Below, one piece after another: positions 1 through 7,504 of a stretch of DNA of 16,298 nt. Position numbers and translations under genes: made by a program. The notes under the pieces were generated by a model. It had not been told where the DNA came from. It did no database searches and was given only the letters and a program-made list of their open reading frames with translations. Position 1 is the stretch's first letter, and each line of letters starts with the position of its first letter. Origin of the DNA: Octopus sinensis. Its lineage: Eukaryota. The stretch spans positions 1-16,298 of the forward strand of contig NW_021825216.1 of assembly GCF_006345805.1 (NCBI RefSeq), given 5' to 3'.

Positions 1-115
1 CCCATACACATGTACATACAAATACACATACACGCACTCACATACATGCGTATATTCCTACTAACACCTATTCATTTCTATACATATATACAATACATAT
101 ATACAAGTGTACAAA
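1..115. repeat. CA/TA-rich low-complexity microsatellite
   Basis: Degenerate (CATA/CA/TA)n run that abuts the truncated 3' end of the first Penelope-like element. Confidence 0.8.
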
Positions 116-120
116 TACAA

Positions 121-1636
121 TCTGTGAATAGTCTTAGGAGGAAAGTTAATCGGGGGTGCTGGGGGAACGGTGGGGTTGGGGGGTTTTGTGGGTGGGGTGT
201 CGTCAATCGGGTTGCCGGGTGGGTCTATAGTTCTTGTAGTTTGCATAAATGTTATGCATGCAATTTGGGGAGTGTTCTGAGATCTTGTTGAGGAGATGGC
301 CTTTGGCGAACAAGATCTCTAGGGCCTCGTTGTAATAGGGGGCTGCGGCATTAAAGATATCTTCAGTAGCGGACAGGCTAGATATTCTAATTGAGACACT
401 TTTTACTAGGTCGTCTAATATATTTTTGGGGTGGTTGGAATTAATATCTATATATCTAAGGGATTCATTTGGTTTGTGGTACGGGTAATAAAGTGAGGTT
501 TTTAAGTCGAGGGTAACGTCAAGGAAGTTAGCTTTGGTTAAGTTGGATTCTAAGGTAATCCTAAGGCCTAAGTTTTTAAAAAAAGTGTAAAGATTTTTCC
601 GGAACCCATCCGTGGTCCTGGGGTTTATTTTGCGGAGGGCAAAAAGGCCATCATCGCGGTAAAGACCACCGGAGAGGCCTGTGAATAGGGTCTTCAGCTT
701 ATGGAGGATGAAAAGGCCCACAAGGTCACTTATTTCAGCTGAGTCGCTAGCACCCATGCTGACCTCGAAGGGGGTCACAGATTTTTTGTTGATCCAGTGG
801 GATCCGTCGTGGAAAAGAAAAGTCTTACGTGCGTGGAGGATCACATCTTGCTCGGCCTCGGTGATGGTGGACGACCTCCTAGCGAAGTTAATCGCGTCGA
901 TCAGCAAGCTCTCCGATATGGAGGCGTAGTAGTCTTCGATATCTAATTGTAGGAATCGGGTGTTGCTTTTGTCAGGTAAATCCCGGAACCAGGTTATTGC
1001 CTCGGAGGTCCTATTCCAGAGTGGAAGAGGCGAAGCTTCACGCATTTTTGGTAAAATCCTGTCCAGGATCTTCTTGCTGACGGATCCGATGTCAGACTTG
1101 GTCGGGTTAATTAGTCGGACCGACGGTTTATTTCGAAATTGTCCTTGTGGTCTTTCAGGGTGAAGTGTGGGGACTTCACCCTCAAGGGTTCAGTTTGGTC
1201 ATCGATTTTAAGGGAGGTGGCAATCTCTTTCCCGGCTAGGTTGGTTTCAGTTAACGCTGTCGTCAACTTTTTTGTACTTAGCTGTGATGGCGTTGTCAGC
1301 TTGTCTGTTGTAGGTATCCGGAGTCACCGCGTAAATATTTTTTGTCTTGTCCGAAGGGACATGGAGGTGCGGGGAGCTTTTCATTTTCGAAAGTTTCTCA
1401 TTCAGTTCCGTTTGGAAAGGTAGGTTGACTCTCCTGAATTTGATGTTTTTTATCATGAGGAAGAGGTCTTCTTCAAACGGTTCGAGTAGGCTGTTGGTAG
1501 GAGGGGCCTTATTTGATTTGAAGCCGTACTTATCATTATTGGTAGATGCTACATCAGGGTGGTCGAAGAAGAACGATCTCCATCGGATTCTTTTGATGAA
1601 CTCATCAGTCCGTCTAATAAGGGCTTTTTGGTACAA
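121..1636 (-). mobile_element. Penelope-like retroelement (Naiad type), RT pseudogene; 5'-truncated, GIY-YIG missing
   Basis: ORFs 1247-1636 and 203-1045 join through two compensating frameshifts (~1253 and ~1134). The joined protein has LIRRTDEFIKRIRWRSFFF, PSDKT, TLKDHKDNF(E)NKPSVRLINPTKSDIG, FLQLDIEDYY, MGASDSAEISDLVG, GLYRDDG (647-661) and NFLDVTLDL..YYPYHKPN. These are Penelope-type RT motifs; TLKDHK and DKT are typical of Naiad. The linker is internally deleted (KGHLLNKI..CMHNI remnant). Confidence 0.9.
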
Positions 1637-1796
1637 AAGCCATTCGAGGCGGGGTTGGCATCGGTCACGTTCGGATGGTGCTTTTTATGTGCCACCGGCA
1701 CAGAAGCCAGTCGAGGCGGCACTGGCAACGGCCACAGGTGCCAGAAGGGCCTGGCATCGGCCACGATCGGTTGGTGCTTATGTGCCACCGGCACAC
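1637..1796 (-). repeat. Isolated permuted fragment of the RTE 3'-UTR 67-bp hairpin repeat
   Basis: The reverse complement matches the array units at 13378-15070: core TGTGCCGGTGGCACATAAAAAGCACC with D-, A- and B-type spacers. Confidence 0.92.
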
Positions 1797-1914
1797 GAGT
1801 AAATTTATAAACACTAAGTAATACATTTTTTGTTTTGAAATTTTTTCGTTCATAATACACCTTTTAGAGAGATAAGTAGACATATTTATTTAAGAAATAT
1901 TAATGTACTCTATA

Positions 1915-2640
1915 TAAGTATTGATTGTTAAATATGAATTTCTAATTTTTTATTTGTTAATGATAATTTAGATACGTACATTTATTTAATTATTATTATT
2001 TTATAATTATTATATCTGAACGTAAATTGTAAAATATTAGTTTGTCACTTTGTGAATTAGATTGTAAAAATGTTTTAGCATAACTTAAAGTTCTTATTAT
2101 ATTCCTAGTACTATTAAATTTAATAATAATACGAAGAAGAACTTTTTTCACAAATAATTTTATAAACGATAAGTTATACGTTTTTACTTTGGAATTTTTC
2201 ATTTCTTATTTTTTATTTCATAAATATTTTCAGGATGATATTTATAATATTTATTTAAGTTAATAAAGGAGTAATTTATTTATTTATTTATATGTTTATT
2301 AATTGAAAAAAATATGGATCTTTAATTACTATATTTGTTGATTATAATTTAGATACATACTTTTATATAAATTTATTTTATAACTATTATATTATATGTG
2401 AACTAAAATCTAAAAATATTAAGAGTGATTGTTTAGTAAAATAGTTTGGTAATTAAATATTAGAGTATAGCTAGGTTAAAGATATTCTATAGTTTATTAA
2501 TGTTTTCTATTAAGCTAAATTATATCTTCACAGATAAATACATTTTTCTATCAATTTACTCTTTTTTTACCTTAAATATTTAACATAATAACTGGTCCTA
2601 ATGTTTTATGTTTCAAATTTAGTTAATGGAGTTTCTTCTA
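1915..2640. repeat. Degenerate ~380-395-bp tandem duplication in very AT-rich DNA
   Basis: TATTTGTT(A/G)AT(G/T)ATAATTTAGATAC(G/A)TAC occurs at ~1951 and ~2331. It is followed by similar TATTATAT(C/G)TGAAC..AAA..T.(A)AAATATTA blocks at ~2008 and ~2390. Confidence 0.6.
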
Positions 2641-2724
2641 TAAAAAAATCATGATTTTATTTCTTTATGAAATATTGTTTAATTATATTTACTTATTTAT
2701 TTAACTATTATTGTTATTATTGTT

Positions 2725-2826
2725 AACCTGAAGAGAGGCTATAAATTTAAATTGAATTGTTTTTCGATTAAATTTAAATTTAATTGTAATTCTAGTTTAA
2801 ATTATAGCCATGAAACGTATGTAGTT
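2725..2826 (+). ncRNA. Type I hammerhead ribozyme-like motif (Penelope pLTR type), probably partly decayed
   Basis: Stem I AAC (2725-27)/GTT (2824-26). Core CTGAAGA 2728-2734. Stem II GGCTATAA 2737-44/TTATAGCC 2802-09, extendable by TTTAAA/TTTAAA. GAAA 2812-15. Short stem III AC-GTAT-GT. Cleavage triplet GTA 2821-23. Confidence 0.55.
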
Positions 2827-2977
2827 TTTTTTGTACTTATTATACATTGTTTATTCATATTTGTACTTTTTGTGATCTAGTTATATGTTTTAAAAAATAT
2901 ATATTATTTTTTATTTATGATTTGGTTTATGTCTATCATTGTTTGAATTGCATAATAGTGGTTTTTCTCTAATTTAT

Positions 2978-3010
2978 ATATTATATATATATATGTGTGT
3001 GTGTGTATAT
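2978..3010. repeat. (TA)n(TG)n microsatellite
   Basis: Directly visible dinucleotide runs. Confidence 0.85.
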
Positions 3011-3022
3011 ATACATGCATAT

Positions 3023-3330
3023 GTGGAGGCGCAATGGCCCAGTTGTTAGGGCAGCGGACTCGAGGTCGTATGATAGTGGTTTCAATTCCCAGACCAGGCG
3101 TTGTGAGTGTTTATTGAGTGAAAACATCTAAAGCTCCACGAGGCTCCAGCAGTGGGTGGTGGTGATCCCTGCTGTACTCTTTCACCACAACTTTCTCTCA
3201 CTCTCTCTTCTGTTGGCTTGCTCGCTTAGCCAGCGGGGTGACATCATTGAATGCTAAAACAATGCAAAGCACACTGTGACCAGCAATGTGTGGCAACATC
3301 TAATGGCCTGGTCAGTCACGTGATCACATG
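3023..3330 (+). mobile_element. tRNA-derived SINE with 14-bp TSD
   Basis: Pol III A box TGGCCCAGTTGTTAGG (~3035) and B box GGTTTCAATTCCC (~3078). Identical TSD ATATACATGCATAT at 3009-3022 and 3331-3344. Confidence 0.88.
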
Positions 3331-3619
3331 ATATACATGCATATATAGGTAAAGGATGTCACCAACGGCCCAATTAACATGAACTATGTAAACAAATGAG
3401 GGAAATCAAGTGAAATACGTAGACAACAAGAAAAAAATGGAAAACAAGACATGTAAACACAGAGAAAGAACCCTTCATTAGTTGTCGGCTGTCTCTCTAC
3501 TCCTCATTTCAAGCATTTAACAACAATTTGAGTCTTGAAAGACAGCTGCTCCCATAAATTCTAAAATAAAATTTATGGAGGGTCAAAGTTGAGACATACA
3601 AGGAAACTGACACTCACTA

Positions 3620-3665
3620 ACACACACATACACACACATACACACATATACATACATGCATATAT
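3620..3665. repeat. (CA)n/(CATA)n microsatellite
   Basis: Directly visible. Confidence 0.85.
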
Positions 3666-3670
3666 TATAC

Positions 3671-4128
3671 AGTGATTAGGGCAGCGGACTCACGATCGTA
3701 GGATCACTGGCATTGTGAATGTTTATTGAGTGAAAACACCTTAATCTCCACGAGGCTCTGGCAGGGTGTGGTGGTGAACCCTGCTATACTCTTTCACCAC
3801 AACTTTCTCTCACTCTTTCTTCCTGTTTCTGTTGTACCTGTATTTTCAAAGGGGCCAGTCTTGTCACACTGAACCTCCCCCGAGAACTACATTAAGGGTA
3901 CACATGTCTATAGAGTGCTCAGCCACTTGCACGTTAATAAATGAGCTGCGATGTCACTGGCCTTTGCTTTTCCCTTGGATGACATTGGTGGTGTGGTGAG
4001 AGGAGACTGGTATGCATGGGCGACTGCTGGTCTTCCATAAGCCACCTTGCCCAGACTTGTCTCTCGGAGGGTAACTTTCTAGGTGCAATCCCATGGTCAT
4101 TCATGACCAAAGGGGGTCACAACAACAA
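3671..4128 (+). mobile_element. tRNA-derived SINE, same head as 3023-3330 but a different, longer 3' tail; B box deleted
   Basis: Shares TTAGGGCAGCGGACTC...TTGTGA.TGTTTATTGAGTGAAAACA...CTCCACGAGGCTC...ACTCTTTCACCACAACTTTCTCTCACTCT with the first SINE. It then diverges and ends GGTCATTCATGACCAAAGGGGGTC followed by (AAC)n. Confidence 0.8.
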
Positions 4129-4344
4129 GTGATATGTTTTAAAAAATTTTAAATTTAAAAAATTTGAAGCTTGTAGCAAAAGTACATGCTGTTCAGGTGC
4201 ATTAAATAAAATAAATGCTGAATTTTAGTGTTTAAATAGACTGCCAAACATTTAACAATGATACTATAAGATGAGTCCAAAATATAATAAGGGTTGAAGG
4301 TTAAAATTATATAGTCTGGCCATTAAAGGAGAGAAAAATTTGGA

Positions 4345-5520
4345 AGTTGAGAAATATTTGTGTCTACAGAAAATCAAAACATCTGAGAAATTATTAAGTA
4401 ATAGTTTCTAATGAATACGAAGTATGCTAATTGACTCTTTTGTGTACAATCTGCACATTCTAGTATGTGTGTTGTATGAGGTGGTTTCAGTAATAATTTA
4501 CCAATTAAGTCTATATTCTTTACTTCGTATTTTTAAGTTATTAATACAACTAAATAGTGCAGCTGATTTTTCTTGTCCTGATTTATAAATAAGTTTGTAT
4601 GCCTCTATATCAAGTTTTAAAATCTATTGTGCTTCCTATATGCTTTTTTATAGGGTTCATTGAAGGTCAAAACCTTGCATTTATACACATTTCTCCTCAA
4701 ACAAAAACCCTTTAATGGACATAAATCCCAGGAACAACAATTACAGGTTTTACCTTTGTATTCTTAATTTCTATATTATTATCCATACTGCAGCCAGCTA
4801 CATTAGTGTCTCCATCCATAATATTATTTCTAAGCTTAAATTTATTATTTGCTACAATTATAGAACCTAGGTTAGGCGTGGTTGAATACGATAAGTTTAG
4901 ACTAAACCTATTAAAAATAGGATGATATTTATGTCCTAAGGAGAAGTTTTTATCAATAATCTTAAAAAATAACTTATGGAGATTTCTAACTTGAAGGGAA
5001 AAGGGAGGAGTAAACAATATAATTTCCTGTTTTCTTGTGGATTTATTCCTAATCTGCCTATTATCTATTGGGTTCCTTATAAAATTATAATTGAGGGATT
5101 ATGTCTTCTATATCTGTGGTAAACCTGATGTTCAGGAGGATCATTCACAGAAGAAGTATCAATGTTTAATTCTGCTAAATTAGGGAAAAGTCTGCCCAAT
5201 TTATTTTTAAACACTGTATTCCTTACATAATAGATCTTGCAAATTAATTGGAAACCTTACTAGTGATGCTAGTACAAAAAAAGTCACCCAGTACATTCTG
5301 TGAAGTGGTTGGTTGGTGTTATGAAGGTGCATCCAGTAATAGAAACCATGCCAAAGCTGATACTGGAGCTTGGTGCCATTCCCTGGCTTCTCAGTTACTG
5401 TCAAACCATCCAACCCATGCCAGTATGGAAAATGGATGCTAAAAGATAAGGCTGATGAGGATATTTTTACAATATCAATGTTGTTAAAGTTTTCGTGGCA
5501 GATGATATCTTCAGACTAAC
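4345..5520 (-). mobile_element. Second Naiad-type Penelope-like element: RT thumb remnant, linker, Cys knuckle and GIY-YIG; decayed
   Basis: Piecewise translation gives SVSLKISSAT (~5490-5520) and RKQEIILFTPPFS..IDKNF..GHKYHPIFNR..LSYSTTPNLGSII (ORF 4712-5017). It continues CNCCSWDLCPLKGFCL (4701-4745), NVYKCKV..AY(I)GSTIDFKT*Y, LKIRSKEYRLNW*II..SYN...MCRLYTKE and LLNNFSD..FCRHKY (~4350-4400). There are several frameshifts and stops, and an insertion at 5256-5463. Confidence 0.85.
5256..5463 (+). mobile_element. Old, diverged copy of the RTE-type 3' tail (truncated RTE or RTE-mobilised SINE)
   Basis: Aligns by eye with 15060-15245: AAAAAG(T)CACCCA.TACA..C...GAAGTGGTTGG..GTTA.GAAGG.GCATCCAG...TAGAAAC...CCA(A)CCCATGC.AG..TGGAAAA.GGA.G.TAAA, ending in a degenerate (GAT)n tail. 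Confidence 0.8.
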
Positions 5521-5645
5521 ACTCTGAAATTTCATTTGCTGAGACATTGAATACCGCTAGACTGTTTGACAACAAATTAAAACTATAGTTGCAACAAAAG
5601 AGTAAACTTAATTATGAAAATTATGTGTTTTGTCTTAATACTCAC

Positions 5646-5814
5646 TTTCTGAGCTTTCTTCAGCTCTTCTTGAAGACGTCCAGTAGCTAGTTCTTTAACT
5701 TCAGCCACAGAGGCACTTCGGCGACGCCGATCTCGAGAAAAGCCATCTGAATGTGTATGGCGTAACTGATGGTACTTTTTGCCAGGTAATTCTAAACCAA
5801 CCTTGTCAGATTCC
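5646..5814 (-). CDS. RAB3IP: Coding exon of a Rab8/Rab3 GEF (Rabin8/RAB3IP-RAB3IL1, Sec2 family), start of the Sec2 coiled coil
   Basis: Acceptor ttttgcAG (AG at 5816-5815) and donor GTGAGT (5645 downward). The 169 nt read G+56 codons with no stop: ESDKVGLELPGKKYHQLRHTHSDGFSRDRRRRSASVAEVKELATGRLQEELKKAQK. The end resembles human Rabin8 [28 protein letters not shown], recalled from memory. The region is a GC-richer island in AT-rich DNA. Confidence 0.78.
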
Positions 5815-6097
5815 CTGCAAAATATATGGGAATAAAGTGTCAGTTAATGTATTATACAACAGATTCACTGAAGATTAGGGTTCATCTTTTATCACAACCA
5901 ATGTGTAGTGCCATCAATCAAAGTGAATAGATGCTTGCTCTAGTCACCCTCACATCTCACAGGCAACCCACTCACTTCATTTGTGAATTATCTATGACCA
6001 AGAGATTACAGAATTATTGAGTCAATCCAGGATATCTATGCATGTAGCAGCAGCACAATGCATTTTTGAAATTTGGTAATCAGTATTGGGTTATTTT

Positions 6098-6326
6098 AAG
6101 GTGGCGAGCTGGCAGAAACGTTAGCACGCCGGGCGAAATACATAGCCGTATTTGGTCTGCCGTTACGTTCTGAGTTCAAATTCCGTCGAGGTTGACTTTG
6201 CCTTTCATCCTTTCGGGGTCGATAAATTAAGTACCAGTTACGCACTGGGGTCGATGTAATCGACTTAATCCATTTGTCTGTCCTTGTTTGTCCCCTCTGT
6301 GTTTAGCCCCTTGTGGGTAGTAAAGA
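6098..6326 (+). mobile_element. tRNA-derived SINE with Meta-domain-like central region and 16-bp TSD
   Basis: A box TGGCAGAAACGTT (6110-22) and B box GAGTTCAAATTCC (6172-84). Central region GTTGACTTTGCCTTTCATCCTTTCGGGGTCGATAAATTAAGTACCAG (6191-6237). TSD AGTATTG(G/A)GTTATTTT at 6082-6097 and 6327-6342, one mismatch. Confidence 0.88.
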
Positions 6327-6579
6327 AGTATTGAGTTATTTTCTCACTCTGAAAAGAAATCCTAGTTTGGGTACAAACTTTAAAATAGCCAGGAAAGAAT
6401 AGAGATTTATAAGTCCTAACATCTGCAGCAACTTTAAGGGTTTCAATTACATATAATCCAAGACTAATGAAGGAGAGTGCTGGAAAAATTAGAAAAAATA
6501 GAAAACATGAATATTTCAATTTCAGCAAATAAGAAAAAGTGGAAAATTATCTCTTCTAAGAGGTGCAGAATTAACTTAC

Positions 6580-6616
6580 CTACTTGTGCACATTTTAGTG
6601 AGTGAAAGGGGAAATG
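6580..6616 (-). CDS. Candidate 37-nt upstream exon of the RAB3IP-like gene, possibly carrying the start codon
   Basis: Acceptor ttgttttcAG (6618-6617) and consensus donor AG|GTAAGTT (6579 downward). AAAATG at 6593-6591 gives ATG TGC ACA AGT AG|G GAA TCT (MCTSR-ESDK), in phase with exon 5646-5814. Confidence 0.55.
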
Positions 6617-6679
6617 CTGAAAACAATTTGTTTTCTAATTTACATGACAATAAACAAAATTTACCAGGGTAATAAAACT

Positions 6680-7410
6680 TGTCATACTAAGAACAGTAGT
6701 CCTGGTAGCTGAGAAGGAAGGTTTTCCACAGGATCACGACTTTTGGTCTTGGAAAACATTAGTATTCATCCTGCCAGTTGTCTGCACTTTATTGCTGTCT
6801 TGGTAATGTGCATATGATATGATGCATCATTTCACGTACTGATCCCTAAGTCTCTCATTGCCTGCGATTCTGAGATTACAGTGCCTTCAGGTCCTGTATA
6901 TGCAGGCTGTGGTTCATTTGTGAGCTGATAGCACAGTGTCTAAAATTTTCCAACATTAAAATTCAACCCTCTTTCATATTGCATTTAAGGCCCACTGTAA
7001 GCTTGCAACATCATCAGAACTTTTTATTGCCTGTCATGATTTTGTATCATCAGTCTAACTAGTAACAATGCAGCCTGAGTAACTATGGGCATACCTAAGA
7101 GAGCCACTATAAACAATTTATATTTCTTTAAAGAGAGCACCACTGACTGCAACTACCTAACTTCCATCTTTTAGGAAGTCATGCAGCTACTCTTCCAGTT
7201 TACCAGAAATGCAAAGGTCTTGCAGCTTATGTCATATCATGCCATGATCTATCTTATCAAAGACCTTTGTGAAATCAAGATACATCACACTGACATCAAG
7301 CAGCTGTCTCAAAACCCAGTCATAATACTGTTAGAGCTGTGTGAGACAGCTTTTTCCTGGACAAAAGCCATGCTATGTATTGTTTAGTAAGCCATTTTCT
7401 TCTAGGAGCA
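6680..7410 (-). pseudogene. Decayed CR1-group LINE reverse transcriptase fragment
   Basis: Piecewise translation: LEENGLLNNT*HGFCPGKSCLTQL, MYLDFTKVFDKIDHG, KL..L.ISGKL..*LHDFL, S*TDDTKI, FNVGKF, MRDLGI, HI..KCRQLAG*IL. These follow the order of RT domains 2-7 and contain many stops. Confidence 0.85.
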
Positions 7411-7504
7411 TTGTCAGCAATAGTGTAGCTAGAGCATGTGCTGCCTGGGGCGTCCTTCTGTTTGCCGCTCACTGGACCCCACAAAAAACACATATCGCTG
7501 ACAG

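Noticed and set aside
1247-1249. In-frame TGA between the two Naiad ORFs as a selenocysteine codon (some Naiads encode selenoproteins)
   Set aside because: Reading through gives non-homologous sequence and a TAA 13 codons later. The homologous path shifts frame (ACT GAA, TETNLAGKEIA) and shifts back near 1134, so these are two frameshifts.
1996-2202. 68-aa minus-strand ORF, plus other short ORFs at 10-291, 5207-5442, 6265-6528 and 8572-8772
   Set aside because: They have no recognisable motifs and are explained by AT-rich composition or by off-frame and antisense reading of repeats.
3025-3095. Functional tRNA genes here and at 6100-6185
   Set aside because: A and B boxes are present, but there is no complete cloverleaf. 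They continue into SINE bodies bounded by TSDs.
3465-3520. Minus-strand GAAA...CTAATGA as a permuted hammerhead; also CTGAACAG at ~4190
   Set aside because: Core bases are mutated and the required stems cannot be formed. The region 3345-3615 may be an unclassified repeat.
4610-4612. TGA in Naiad-2 (FKT*Y), and TGA at 7825-7827 in Naiad-3 (DLV*IY), as selenocysteine
   Set aside because: They align to conserved Arg and Gly positions (CGA>TGA, GGA>TGA), not Cys. Knuckle cysteines in copy 2 are TGT, and I saw no SECIS.
5452-5475. CTGATGAG followed by a GATATT/AATATC hairpin as a hammerhead
   Set aside because: No GAAA or stem III follows; the motif is the degenerate (GAT)n tail of the old RTE-type insertion.
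5488-5515. Minus-strand CTGAAGA...CGAAA as a hammerhead
   Set aside because: There is no stem II, and the sequence is explained as Naiad coding sequence (SVSLKISSAT).
5965-6000. Additional minus-strand exon ending at a GTGAGT donor near 5974
   Set aside because: The phase-compatible frame hits TAA upstream, and the only nearby acceptor is weak and would give a 16-nt exon.
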